In this document: one piece after another, positions 1 to 12,174 of the stretch
Numbering within the stretch: position 1 is the first letter of the stretch
Layout: each line of letters begins with the position of its first letter
Source: Rhynchopus sp. YZ270_cl-10
Taxonomy: Eukaryota
Reading direction: 5' to 3'
NCBI GenBank assembly: GCA_964035575.1
Contig: OZ037835.1
Coordinates: 2,108,001 to 2,172,000, forward strand
Length of the DNA stretch: 64,000 bases
Position numbers and translations under genes: made by a program
Notes under the pieces: model-generated
The model's database searches: none
Told to the model about the DNA's origin: nothing
Seen by the model: the letters and a program-made list of their open reading frames with translations, nothing else

Positions 1-731
1 TCAAAGCAGACATTTCCAACCCGGTGTGTAGTGTGCCTGCCATCTCGTGCAAGACACGCTGCTACCTGGCGTGCGAGGAAAGCCTACACAAGATTGCGCT
101 TCCGAGTGGGGAGGTGATCCGCAAGGTCGACTGCTTTTCGAAGTCGGTGTTCGCGTGTGGCGGTGTTGTTGTCTCCCAAGTCCAAGACAACGGTGTCTCT
201 GTGTATGACGAAGACCTGACGTGGCTCCGCTCTCTCACGCACGAAGGATGCAGGGACATGGCAGTGTCGGACTGTGGTGGGTGGGTGATCACCTCCTCCG
301 ATACGGAGAGGAACGCACGTCTGTGGGATGTGAACACAGGTGAAGCTGTGGCATGTGTGCCTGCGGATGGGTGGTATGTTGCGCTTTCACGGTGCGCCTC
401 TGTCTTTGCTGTGGATAAACTGCACTGCCCTGGCGAGGTGCAGCTCTATGACTGGAGCGGTGCGGCTCTTGGCAGCTTCAAAGAGGAGCAGTGTGTTGTC
501 TGTGGCGTGCAGTTCACTCCGTGTGGGAAGTACGCTGTGGTTGCATTTATGAAGGGACGAACCTTCGCGTCTCGTTTGGCATTGCACCAGTATGATGTCG
601 CGACCATGTCCTGTGTGCGCGTGTTTCCGAACACCTCCGGTGAGTTTGCGATATCGCCGTGTTCACAGGTGGTTATGTTTAGTTCATCAACACGCGACGT
701 CCTTGTGTCACAGCATCTGTACCCCTACTGA
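1..731 (+). CDS. WD40-like beta-propeller protein, 5'-truncated by window edge
   Basis: Frame is open from position 3 to TGA at 729-731. WD-type motifs: VITSSDTERNARLWDVNTGEAV, VQLYDWSG, VQFTPCGKYAV, FAISPCSQ. Same style as the propeller in 39519..40742. Confidence 0.75.
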   Translation, partial: KADISNPVCSVPAISCKTRCYLACEESLHKIALPSGEVIRKVDCFSKSVFACGGVVVSQVQDNGVSVYDEDLTWLRSLTHEGCRDMAVSDCGGWVITSSDTERNARLWDVNTGEAVACVPADGWYVALSRCASVFAVDKLHCPGEVQLYDWSGAALGSFKEEQCVVCGVQFTPCGKYAVVAFMKGRTFASRLALHQYDVATMSCVRVFPNTSGEFAISPCSQVVMFSSSTRDVLVSQHLYPY

Positions 732-1260
732 GTGGTGCAGTCCACCCTGTGTGGGAAGGTACCTCCTCGAGTACTGCAGTGTGTTGCTACGTGCGTTGCA
801 TCGATGTTTGCGTTGCACCCTCGACCTACTAGCCTGTGAGGGAAGACATTTTGAGACATTTTGAGACATTTTGAGGATAACTACCACACCACTCTATACC
901 ACTCTTTACCTCTCTTTTTTTGCTTTGTTGAAACCTCTCTCCCACTCTCCCATATGGGAGTTCATCGCATACTCATTTTATGTGATACGTGCTTGCCCCC
1001 CGTGTAAGAGTACAGCTTATGATGTGTTCAAGAACTTTGTTGTCAGACCGGTCATACCGCCACATCCTTGTAGGGAGTTGTGCTGTCTGTATACTACTTT
1101 TGGGATACTCATGTTGTGCGTACTGTTTATTTTATTATTTTCCTTTTCTTTGTAATTTTCTTTGAACAAGATAAACCAATAAGCTCGCGTTTCTTTTATC
1201 GAACAGATTTTATTCTCTGCCCCGTACCCAAAACATAAACACCAGAAATAAATATTTTCT

Positions 1261-1414
1261 GGTGTGATTCAGGGGGTACGGAGAACCCACGGACAACCCA
1301 CGGAAGAACCACGGGGGAACCACGGAGAACTGTTTCGGGCTATATTAATATTTGCGGAGCACCTTCGGGAGAACCACGGGGGAACCACGGAGAATCCATT
1401 TGGGTGATCACACC
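1261..1414. mobile_element. short MITE-like element with internal (GAACCACGG)-type repeats
   Basis: Ends GGTGTGAT(T)CA...TGATCACACC are inverted; interior is repeated gaaccacgg/aacccacgg. TSD unclear. Confidence 0.45.
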
Positions 1415-1791
1415 ATTTTCCTCTCCTTTTTTTTTTTCCCCCACACGCGCTAGTTTTTGCATACTGCGAGTTTTCCTGGAAGCGCAGGAAAAATGACTGG
1501 GGAGTGTTGGTGGCTCCGTGACGCCACAGAGCCGGCACACTCGTTGAGTGCCTCACAAAACCTAAAAATTTATTCCGCTTTGATTTTATTTATTGTCTTC
1601 ACGCTATATTGTTGTTGTTGGGTTGGGAAATAAAAATTTCGCTAATTTTTATCAAAAAGCTTTCCCTAGTTTCGAGTGCGAAACGTTTCTCCATGTATTG
1701 CCCACACACACACCCACCCCACAACAGGAGAGTGCAAATCACTCACTCCCTCCCCTCCCTCCTCCTCCTCCTCCCTTTCATCCCCTCCACA

Positions 1792-4154
1792 ATGTTGCTG
1801 CTCTGCACCACTCTAGCACTGTCAGGTAGCAGCACACCCTTCAGGGGCAACAACGACGTCCTGCACAGCAGTCGGTCCTATGACCACTCGGCCATGCGCA
1901 CCGCACTGGGCTACGACAGCTGCCCCTCGCAAAGCGAGGGGGTTCCTTCCCACGGCGTACCGTACCCAAGCACCTTTGCGTTAAGCGTGCTTCTCTGCGC
2001 TGTCTCATGCACCCTCGCTGTTTTGGTGTGGTTCCGCTATAACAGCCTTGAAATCAAAATTACTCATGAAAACAACACGACCACACAAGGACCTGCCACG
2101 AGAGCATCCTTGGTTTCCACCCCGACATTGCAAAAGGATAGGCTGGGTGCGTGGACACCTGGGGCAAGACGGAGTAGCACCGCTCTGAGCGCGTCTCAGC
2201 TGCCCACCGAGGTGCCGGCGTTGTCACCAAAGCTGAAGACCACAACATTGCACGTTGGCACACCGTTGACGTCGAACCGATGCTGGGTATCCTATTTCAT
2301 ATGCCTCACGTTGTTTTTCATTCTGAACAGCATCGTCTGCGGGGTGCGCAGCATAGGAGACGGCACGACCAAATCGCTTGCCTTATTATGCGTTGCCTTA
2401 GCCTCGCTCGAAAGCTGCGCGACTCTCGCCCTCTCCGTGGCTCTCCTCTACCAACTAACCTACCGATCCTCTTGGGAGGAAAGCCGCAAACACTTCGCCG
2501 CCACCCCCGCAACCCCACAACTCTCCCCAAGCATCAGCGTTGCAACCGGCCAGCTCCAAAGCTCTTTCTACAGTAAATCCGGAGGACGGCCGGCACTCCC
2601 TGTGTACAGCCCTTCCTTCGGGAGAAACAGTGTCGACTCCACAGCTTCTGATGTCTCCGCACCAAAGCAGGCGACCGCCTCTACAGGGTTACGAGCCTCC
2701 GGGTTTAGCCCTTATGGCAGTTACAATTCAAGTCGAGAACGGACTGTGGGTGGTGTGAGTCAATCCTCCGAGTCGCCGTTGACCGACGAGATGGCACCTC
2801 CCGCGGCTGGTGTGTTTGAGACCCTCCGTGGGGCGGTGGTGCCGTACAGCTGGCCCCTTGCGGTGTGGTGTGTTTTATGCATTGTCGTCGCGGTGTGGGC
2901 GACCCCCGGAATAGGTCTGCCGGAACACACATGGAACGCAACCGACACAGATGACCCCGCGCCCAGCGAAGGTGCGGGCTACGACACGAAGATCCCCAAC
3001 AACGGACAGTACTGGCTCTACGTTGTGGTCGTGCTGGCGCAGCGTCTCCCGGTCTTCGTCTTTGGGGCGCAGATTATATTTCCTGGTATAGGTGGTGGAG
3101 TGGGTGGTGGTGGTGGAGGAGGTTCAGGTGGTGTGCAGCAGTTTAACCCCGAGTCGCTCCCGTCGCGGTCAGCACGGGTGTTGCTAGGAGCAGCAATCCT
3201 GCTGGACCTTCCACATATGTATGAAAACAAACGTTAAACTGATCTGATTTTTTTTTTGAAATTTTGGTGGAGTTTGTGGGGGGAGTTTAAATACCACTAC
3301 ACACCAATGGGGGTGTTGGTTGCGAAATTTTTGTATTTGCAGACAATAACGCATGGTGGTTAGGGAGGATGCGCTCAATGAAATCATTTTGTGATTTGTA
3401 GAAAAGCTCGAGGATGTAGGGTTTTATTATTTTCTTGGAAAAAATGACATAGTGAGTAGATACTGCCTTTTCTTTCCCCTTTTTACCCTTTTTTTCACAC
3501 ACAACAGAGTCCCCGCCACGACATGGACGAATCATGTATTAAGGTCGTCTGCCGACATCTCTTCTTGCCCCCTGTGGCTGTTCTCATGGTATGTAGGTTT
3601 CATCCGTATACTAACGTCAGAAGGCAATTTTCAGCTTCCAATCACACTTTTCAGGTTTGTTTTTGCTCCCATCGAGTAAATAAACCCATAATTAGGACAC
3701 AGATCCTGTGGAAGAGGGACCTGACAATTCTTTTTCCATTTCTACTTTGTAGTGCTTCGCATACATGTTGGTACGCAAAACGCGTAAAACGCGCAAAAAT
3801 AATCTATAGACTTCAACCCCTTTCATAATAATTATATATTCTGAATAATTCTCCCCCTCCCCCTCCCCCTTCACCGCGGCCGAAACTATTTTCTTTTTAC
3901 CTTTCTTTTTTCCAGCGTTTTATGTGTGACATCGTGCCTGAAATTGTAGAATTTAACTTCTATTTTATCAACAACAAAAAATAAAAAACTCCCCCTCCCC
4001 CTTCAGGTTCGACGTCATTCTGCTGATGTCGTGCTGCAGTCTGATTTGCCTCTTCGCTTTCCTGCGTCTAGAGTACATGAGGATGAGTGGACACGAGCTC
4101 TATGTGTGCCATCTCGCCAGCGTCAGGCAGGCTGACGAACGACGTGTATTGTGA
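1792..4154 (+). CDS. multi-pass (approx. 7-TM) membrane protein with signal peptide; join(1792..3218,3508..3588,4007..4154)
   Basis: ATG at 1792 follows a pyrimidine tract (MLLLCTTLALSG). Several hydrophobic helices separated by Ser-rich loops. Two canonical introns, GTATGA..ACAACAG and GTATGT..CTTCAG, both phase 2, join in frame: ...LDLPHI-VPATTWTNHVLRSSADISSCPLWLFSW-FDVILLMSCCSLICLFAFLRLEYMRM...RRVL*. Confidence 0.8.
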
Positions 4155-5020
4155 TGTCATTTCAAAAAGTGCAGGAACCGCTGTGTGTCATTTTGGCCCA
4201 CGACACCCTTCTAGCTGGCGTCCTTTCATATTCAGCGTTGTGAGAGCAACAGCTGCGCAAGGTAGGAACACACAGCGTTGCCGATGATGGTTTCATGTTG
4301 TGTCTTCCAAGAGACGGCATTACATTGTTTATCACAGTGAGTGGTGTTTTTATACAAAGGATAGTACCTCCGATACGGTCGCCCAAATCACGAGGAACGG
4401 CAAGTAGACACTTTTTTCAAAAAATTTTACTGATCAGAGTTACTATTTTTTGACATTTTTTTTGTCGTGGGATTTGTTGTCATCGAGACTACTGTGACGA
4501 ACAGATTATTGACACGAAGGTGGGTTTCAAACAAACAAAAGGAGAGTAGAGTTCATCCTCGGGTGTCTACACTAATACAACCAAGTTTTCAACAAAAATA
4601 ATAAAACACTCAAGGGCTCAAAGGCTGTTGTAGATAATGTTATGATTGCTTCACAAAGCACTTCTACTGTGTCGACACTCATAGTGGGTTGCGTGTAGGG
4701 CAATGTGTTGTGGTCTATGGTCGTGGTAGCACACACACACCTCGTGTAGGGGTAGGTGGGTGGGTGGGTGGCGTCACTTGGTGGACGATGGTTTTCTGCA
4801 CAAAAATATCTAACCTTTCTTCTAGCAGCGAGTGGTTTTCACAAAAAAATAATAATAATTTAAAACGCAGTTTTTTTTGTCAGTTTTTTTTGTGGAAACC
4901 CTAAGTATTTCTCTTCCCCCTCTCCCTGTGACACGGTTTTCAGGTTTTTAACCCAACAGAAGTTTCGTATTTTATTCCTCACAATTGTTGATTTTCACAC
5001 TTTATCATTTATTCGATTTA

Positions 5021-5363
5021 TCCCTCTCCCTCCCTCCCTCCCTCCCTCCCTCCCTCCCTCCCTCCCTCCCTCCCTCCCTCCCTCCCTCCCTCCCTCCCTC
5101 CCTCCCTCCCTCCCTCCCTCCCTCCCTCCCTCCCTCCCTCCCTCCCTCCCTCCCTCCCTCCCTCCCTCCCTCCCTCCCTCCCTCCCTCCCTCCCTCCCTC
5201 CCTCCCTCCCTCCCTCCCTCCCTCCCTCCCTCCCTCCCTCCCTCCCTCCCTCCCTCCCTCCCTCCCTCCCTCCCTCCCTCCCTCCCTCCCTCCCTCCCTC
5301 CCTCCCTCCCTCCCTCCCTCCCTCCCTCCCTCCCTCCCTCCCTCCCTCCCTCCCTCCCTCCTC
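5021..5363. repeat. (CCCT)n microsatellite, ~340 bp
   Basis: Near-perfect 4-bp tandem array, directly visible. Confidence 0.97.
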
Positions 5364-5367
5364 CCCC

Positions 5368-5420
5368 CACAGCTGAGAATAAGACTTGGGGACCGGGGAC
5401 CCGGCATATTCTCATCTGTG
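5368..5420. mobile_element. 53-bp micro-MITE, hAT-like (8-bp TSD)
   Basis: TIR CACAGCTGAGAATA / TATTCTCATCTGTG; flanking direct repeat CCTCCCCC at 5360-5367 and 5421-5428. Related to the 51736..52344 element. Confidence 0.65.
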
Positions 5421-7125
5421 CCTCCCCCCACTGCCGGATTTTGCCAAAAAAAAGAAAAATAAAAAGTTAACTTAGGCCCCCCCCCAGGAAGGAGAGCATA
5501 ATAAGCGTTGTGTTCGAACGTAAAGTCTCAGGGTCAGCACTTTGATGAAAGATGTGTGCGCACGAAGAGGCACACTTCATCTTACAAAAACTTTTTTTCG
5601 TATTTTTATTTGAAAGTGTAATTAAACTGTGTATGGATTTTGTATTTTTTTTATGCCAAATCATTGGCTAAGAGGAAGTAGAATCGATGGAAGGTGTGCA
5701 ATTTTCCTCTCAGTATTTGTTTTCGTAAAACGAAATGTTTTTTTTCTTCATTTTTGTTTTCTTTTTTATTCACGTCATTGTCCTGAAGTCAGATTCTATC
5801 TTATTCCGAAGCCGTCCCATCCTCAGGTAGGCTACCTTCGTTGTAGTACCACAAAAAGGCTCCTGATGCAAAATACTACGGGTGTCAATAACTATCTTCA
5901 CCCACAGGAAAACGGGAAACGAAAACAGGGGGAGAGTTTGTTAGTTGTACGCTTCCGACGGCGCTTCCACGGATGCATAATTTAACGTAGTACATGGTAC
6001 GAGAGTACCATGTGCAAAACAAAGACACCCCCCCCCGTTTTCCCCTATCCTTTGTCTCCGTGCCCCTCCCCGCGGGATGTCTCCAGAAGTGTCTATTTTG
6101 TACGTTTTGCAAAAACATACCACAAGAGAAAGATGGGGACAATTTTTTGTTGATCCCTCCTCTGCTATCAATTTATTGATTGCATAGGTTGCAATGCTTT
6201 TTTACGTATCAGCTGTACACGAAATGGGTGTAGGACTGCATGGTTGGGGTGTCCACCCCCCCCCCCCCCCCAGTACAGCTGGTCATTGTACCAAAGGTAC
6301 TTTGTCACGAAAGGGCTTTTGTATTTTCAAGCCAACGTTTTCTTTGTATGCATCCGTTTCACCTCACGTAATTGGCCTCATCGGGCCGCAGAATGCCGGG
6401 CTGGTTGTCACCTGATTCAAGAGGAAGCGCGTTTTACTGAATTTTACTGATCATGTGTTTCTTTACCAATGCATCTGTTTCCAATTTCAATATTCCAAAC
6501 ATTTTTTTGTCCAAATAAGAGTCGCCAACTTACCAAAAAAAAAGTTTCCCAAATTGGTCAATTCATTAGGACTACTTTTTTTTGATTATTCCCCATGTAT
6601 GAGTGTGCCCAGAGTGCTATGATATTCGCTTCTTTCAAAAAAACATAGTGAGGACTGTCCTGTATGGCAGCTACACTAATCCGACAAATTATCAAAAAAA
6701 AAACAACAATAAGGACAATAGCTGCCAAACCTGCTGCGACATGGCAACCTTTTGTGACCATTGCAGCGCCCTTCAACTTACAAAAAACATGCCACACAAA
6801 TGCAGTGAGGCCTCTTGAGTAGGCCTGAACAATGGCCTATAGCTGGAAGGTGCATCTCAGACGTGTCTGATGCCTTCTCAGGATTACTGACGTTTGAGTG
6901 TATTTTTTTTTTTGAGGTGTACTTTTAAATACACTGAGGCGTACTACTAATACTAACTATCACGCCTCAGCCACGTCTGTGTCAAGCCCCTGGCGAGGCT
7001 TGTTCGGCCTCGTTGCATTGCATGGCAGTGTTAAACGATAGTATTCCGACGCCTCAGCCACACAGTTACCGTATTCGTACAATAATTATTGACCGTAATA
7101 ATGTTCGACCATTCATTTCAAGGAT

Positions 7126-7182
7126 GCGTATGACGTGGGTAGCGTACCAACTAAACAAAAGATGAAAGGGGTTTTTATTATT
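7126..7182. repeat. dispersed intergenic repeat (ATGACGTGGGTAGCGTACCAACTAAACAAAAGATGAAAGGGGTTTTTATTATT)
   Basis: Near-identical copies at ~14082 and ~28522, diverged copy at ~41961. Probably the end of a MITE family. Confidence 0.7.
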
Positions 7183-8574
7183 TCGATAATTTGTACGAAA
7201 TACTGGTACCCCAGAAATCCAAAATACCAAGTACGCAACAACTACGCACTAAGTACGCAAGAAGTACGCAATATCGGTTATTCCTGTATATTTTTTTTTG
7301 TGCACAAAGTGCGCAACAAGTACACAGTAAGAACGCAGCATGGGGTCGTCAGGAGCACCAGATACGGTATATTTTTATCCGCCCTTAGAAGTCTACTTAG
7401 CCTCGCACTGCATGCCATTTTTTGTACCAATCCCAGCAAGGTTGGACTGCATTTTTTGTGTTTTGTGGCATACGACGATGGGCCGTGGGTGGCCCACAAC
7501 CAAAAGTGAACGGGGGGCGTTTTTTTTAAACTATTTTTTTGAGTTTTGTATACGGTTCAACATTTTGTCCACTTTTTGTATGTCACGTTTCCCCCTTTTT
7601 TTCGAACTATCGTGTTCACCCTACGACGTGGAGTGTAAACATCCATCAGTGATTATCACTGCTGTTCAAGGCTAAGGGTGATGTCGCCGCCCTTCTTCGT
7701 TGTTTTGTGTGGCTGAATGGGTGCTACCACAAAGTACGCAAGAAGTGCGAATCACCTCCCCTTTAGCCACCCCAAAAAAAATTATCTTTTTTTTTTAAAG
7801 ATGTTGTGTGCACGAAAGGCACATTCATCGTACAAAGTTTTTTTTGTTCTGTTCTGTTCCTTTGTTTCTGCCCCTTTCCCCTCCCCCCCTTGAGGGGGTA
7901 TACAGAGAGCAATGCGTGTGGTCACTAACAGCCACGCCATTTTTATGCTCCTTTTTCCTTTGAAGTAACCTAAGCGAGAAGGGCTTAAATCCAGCCTGAA
8001 AAAAAAAAAACTGTTTCTTCCCCTTAACGTTACCGAATGGGGCGTTTTTGCACATTTTTTTTTTCCCACTTCACTTCTTTTATCCGAATACCCAAACACC
8101 TGAACACTAAAACGCCCCCCCCCCCACCCTTTTCTTTTTTTGCAACTGACACACTGAGGTCCTCGCCAATGGTGTGTTAGGGTAATATACGCCCGCAGAT
8201 AGATCAGAGTCCCCTCCCCACACACACCCGATATTTTCACATTACTCCTTGATGCTTCCACCACTGTCACTCCCTATTTCTGTACTGTTCTGCTGGTAAC
8301 AAGCAGAAGAGGTGCAATGCAAACAGCCGATTAGATCTAAGATCTAATCAATTTCTCGCTTCTACAGTTCCTCAAGACGATCAAACAAAAAGCAGCACAC
8401 TGCACACTACACTGCAGTTCTCATGAGCAATTGGTAGTGACCCCCTTAAGCCTCCCCAACGGCTTTTAAGAAGAAAAGACGTCTATTCTATAATTTTCGG
8501 TCTTCTATTTTGTATGTTAATAAAACAACACAAAAAAAGGTGATACACAACCAAAATCGCAAGAAGAGAGAGAT

Positions 8575-10590
8575 ATGGGGTGTTGCGGCTGGCTCGTTTC
8601 ACTGCGTGTGTTGTCGGGCCTCTTCGCAGCGTTGTGCGTCTGCTGTGGCGGGCTGCTTGCTGGAAGAATCCTTTGGAGCGAAGCACGCGACGCACACGAG
8701 ACGCTAGGAACACATGCACAACGCACACACAACCGCCACATTGCTGACAGCATCGCGCAGACGTTGCACACCGCCACCGCAGCCGCCGCACTGTCACAGC
8801 ACCTACACAACGACAGCACCCCAGAACGCTTCCACTCTGGCCTGCTAGACGCGCACCCACACATCTTTGCCTCAGGCCACTTCCACTCCGGCACCAACGC
8901 TTCCTACTACATCGTACGCAGGAACGAAACGCCGCACAGCACATACATACACGACCACTGCGGGCTGGACGACTGCAGCGCCACAGACGACACAGGGCAC
9001 TACGTTGAGGAGAGACGCGAACAGCTTGTATACCCCGATGGTGTGCAGGGGGTATGGGGCTTGATCGAAAAGGGTCAATGCAGCTTTGTGTCGAAGCTGC
9101 GTGCAGGGGTGTGGGATTATAAGGAAATCCGCTTTGGGACGATGCGTGGTCTTCTGGCAGAAGGGTTGTTGGGTGTGCCTGGTGCGAGGGGGTATTTGCA
9201 GGATGACACCGGGCAAGTGGTGTTGGCGGTGGAGGGGGCACACCAGGGTGGATGTGTGTTCGCAGATCCTGTGTTGCGTGCAGCGTGCGCGGAGGGTGAC
9301 GATGTGTTGCGTGTAGAGGGGGAAGGGTATCGGCGGATGTGCTCCACAGCGTACAACTCCCGTGGGATGGCGTTGTATGTGTGTACGGTTGTGCCGGAGC
9401 GTTGGCATGGTGGTGAAGTGCAGACGGCTGTCGTGGCAACGCTGTGTGCCGCGGGTGTGTTCTGGATGATAGCGTTCGCGGCGGCGGTGCTAGCCACGCG
9501 GCACCTCCTCTGTGTTGCAGATGTGCTGCAGCGGTGTGCTGTGCTGGACGTAGACTCACACCTCCCCACATCTCTGTCGCCCCTCTTTGAGGTAAGGATG
9601 GTACAGCTCAGCACGCAGCTGCTCATCACATCGTTGTCTGCATACCGTGCCTTCGTCCCTGCAGTGGTGCAAACAGGATCAGAAGAGAGTGATGTCAGCA
9701 GTGCGTCGACACAAAGCGGGACGATGACATGCGATGTGCGTCTGGCACGACAGTGTCTGGCGCGGACGAAGGTGGATCTTGCATCATGTAAGGCGACGGT
9801 GCTTGTAGCCCGGGTTGGTGCGGCATCGGAGGCGCAGGATCCGATCTACGTTGCAGAAGGGCACGCAAAGCTGGCGGCCATGATCGACGCCTGCCTCGTC
9901 TCGCCCGCGGAGAGCACGCTCGCCCTCGGCGCCATGATGCTGAGCTTCTCCTGCCGCTCCCACCAGGACCACGCCGTCTCGCTCGCCAAGCAGCTCGAGG
10001 CGCAGCAGGGCGCCGCAAGTCTTGCTGTCCACATCGGCATCGCCTCAGGGCTGGTCTTCTCTGGTGTAATGGGGAGCGCCCGGCAGAAGGGGTTCTCCAT
10101 CCACGGACGGACCGTGAACGAAGCGCACGCACTAAGCCTCTGCCGAGGTGTGGGGTGCGACATTCTGTGCGGCCCTCTGCGGATGAGCAACAGCGAATGG
10201 ATGATGCTTGAGCTGGCCCCTGTGTTCCTTGCTGTACGAGGCGGCGTGGCGTTCACACCTATCGCCACCACCGACACTGCGGGGGACTGGCTTGCGGGGC
10301 ACGACGCAGAAGGACAGACCTCCGCCATCGCGCAGTATACTCGCGCCCTGCACTGTGTGCGCGACGGTGAGGACGCGGAGGCCACGTCGCTCCTGCAGGA
10401 CTGTGTGCAGAGCACCTCCTTCCACAACGAAGCTTCATGTGTCGCAACAGTCCTCCTGGAGCACCTCCTCGGCTGCAACGTGAGGGACAACCCTGAAGAC
10501 GCGACCTACTACCTCTGGAGTGGGCACAAAAGCATGCGGCCCGAATGGAGTGTCTCCGTCAGCAGCACATCCATAGTGTCACGTGTCTAA
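8575..10590 (+). CDS. receptor-type class III adenylate/guanylate cyclase-like protein (degenerate catalytic domain)
   Basis: N-terminal TM, extracellular region, second TM (AVVATLCAAGVFWMIAFAAAVLA), HAMP-like linker ending LSAYRAFVP, then cyclase-like VHIGIASGLVFSGVMGS...SIHGRTVNEAHAL. The metal-binding Asp motif is replaced (ATVLVARV). Confidence 0.75.
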   Translation: MGCCGWLVSLRVLSGLFAALCVCCGGLLAGRILWSEARDAHETLGTHAQRTHNRHIADSIAQTLHTATAAAALSQHLHNDSTPERFHSGLLDAHPHIFASGHFHSGTNASYYIVRRNETPHSTYIHDHCGLDDCSATDDTGHYVEERREQLVYPDGVQGVWGLIEKGQCSFVSKLRAGVWDYKEIRFGTMRGLLAEGLLGVPGARGYLQDDTGQVVLAVEGAHQGGCVFADPVLRAACAEGDDVLRVEGEGYRRMCSTAYNSRGMALYVCTVVPERWHGGEVQTAVVATLCAAGVFWMIAFAAAVLATRHLLCVADVLQRCAVLDVDSHLPTSLSPLFEVRMVQLSTQLLITSLSAYRAFVPAVVQTGSEESDVSSASTQSGTMTCDVRLARQCLARTKVDLASCKATVLVARVGAASEAQDPIYVAEGHAKLAAMIDACLVSPAESTLALGAMMLSFSCRSHQDHAVSLAKQLEAQQGAASLAVHIGIASGLVFSGVMGSARQKGFSIHGRTVNEAHALSLCRGVGCDILCGPLRMSNSEWMMLELAPVFLAVRGGVAFTPIATTDTAGDWLAGHDAEGQTSAIAQYTRALHCVRDGEDAEATSLLQDCVQSTSFHNEASCVATVLLEHLLGCNVRDNPEDATYYLWSGHKSMRPEWSVSVSSTSIVSRV

Positions 10591-12174
10591 GTCAAACAGC
10601 TCAAATGCTGGGGTTGACTGTAGCTAAAAATAAAATCCGAAAGAGAGAGAGAGCTATGATATTGACACCCGTATTTCATGAAACAACTCTCAACAAAAAA
10701 TCCGCACAAAAATATTCGATATTCGAAACTTCGTCATTTTTTTTGTGTGTGCTGTCTGGCACTCCGCATGCAGTGTTTGATTTAACGACAGCCTGTTGTG
10801 TTCTTTGTGGCGTGTTATAGTGGCTGATGTAACAACGCGATGAGACAGGTGTGTTTGAAATCCAATATGAGTATTTCCCCAGCGGTGTGTTTCCCACTGC
10901 ATTTGTGTGCACTTTACAGTCCTCCAAATGTGTTTTGGCGTAAAACAAATAGCTCGCCAAATTGCTCCCAATAAGCCCTAAGTATGCCTATGTGACTATT
11001 TGACACCATGTTTTTTGGGGTGATGACCAAGTGCGGGGAACTAATTGTTCAAATGTGTGTTTTGTATCTGCCGAAAAAAATAGTGGAGATTGCACAACTG
11101 TGGCAAAACACAACCGAGGCAACTACACTACTCCAACAATTTATCAAAAAAAAGGGGGGGAAGTCGGGTTTCCACCTGTCTTCGTCGTTGGCGTTCATTT
11201 CATTTGTACTATTTGTTTCGTGGTCGTACTGCGTGGGAAATGAGTTCGAAAAAAGGCAGCACTTGTCTCTGTTCTGCTTTGTTGTAAAGTGTGATAAAAA
11301 CCTGTGTCTTTTTTTTTGCCCCCCTTTTTCCAGAACAGTTGTGACACCTCCACATTTGTCCATGCTACACCATAACGACGTCACTTCGCGGACTACGATA
11401 TCCTTCTGAACATTTTGAAGCAACACTTTAGTCAGCGTTTCAGGTTCAGATGACCTCTCCACGCAACTTCAATACTGGGCTTATGTTTGCAATGTAGTGG
11501 ATGGGAACGGCGTACTGCACCCGAGAGGGTTTGGAGCTGCGTTGCGTGTAGGTGGGGTCTTAAGGGTGATGGTATTTGTTTTTTACACTGCATGGCGCCA
11601 CACAGAGATTACAATGCTGCAGTTGGAATGTAATAGAAAGTGAATGTACTCGTCGCTTGCACCGAATCCTCCTTAAAAAAAGGAGTCAATACACGGAAGT
11701 ATCAATGGGAATATATCAACATCAAATAGCCACAAACACAGCGCGCACGGTACGCTACATTTTTTTCTTCTAGATTTTACGACCCCACTTTTCTTTCCCT
11801 TCTTTTGACACAGCGAGCCAATGCTCTGCGCGGGGTCGCACGACCACGGGGGGTCATCTACAACCTCCTCAACCCCATTTTTCTTGGGGTGTTCCATGCC
11901 CACCCCGTATCTTAGCGGAAACGCTATCATCTTTACGGTAAGATTTCAAAACTTAACATGACTTTTCGTTTCCACAAAAGTTATGATTGTCTCCATTCTT
12001 CTCTCCCTGTGTTTTCTTTCATTCCATTATTTTGTCATAAAAATGTCAAAAAATGAAATAGAATAAAACAAAGAATTGCCAATACAAACACCACCCAGTT
12101 AGTTCATAGACAGATGGACTGATCAATGGCTGTGTCTTGCACCACTCCCACAACAGAAAACACACAAAACACGA

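Noticed and set aside
1609..1791. Upstream extensions from non-ATG or distal starts in the ORF track (1609, 14643, 23362, 27069, 28527, 33297, 43610)
   Set aside because: They run through dispersed repeats and splice-acceptor tracts; paralog alignment and signal peptides support the downstream ATGs.
4985..5470. ORFs encoding (PPSL)n / (GGRE)n
   Set aside because: Translations of the (CCCT)n microsatellite.
6603..6818. 71-aa Cys-rich ORF (CPEC...CQTC...CDHC...HKC)
   Set aside because: Short, A-run-rich, no ATG start and no recognisable family; at most a transposon relic.
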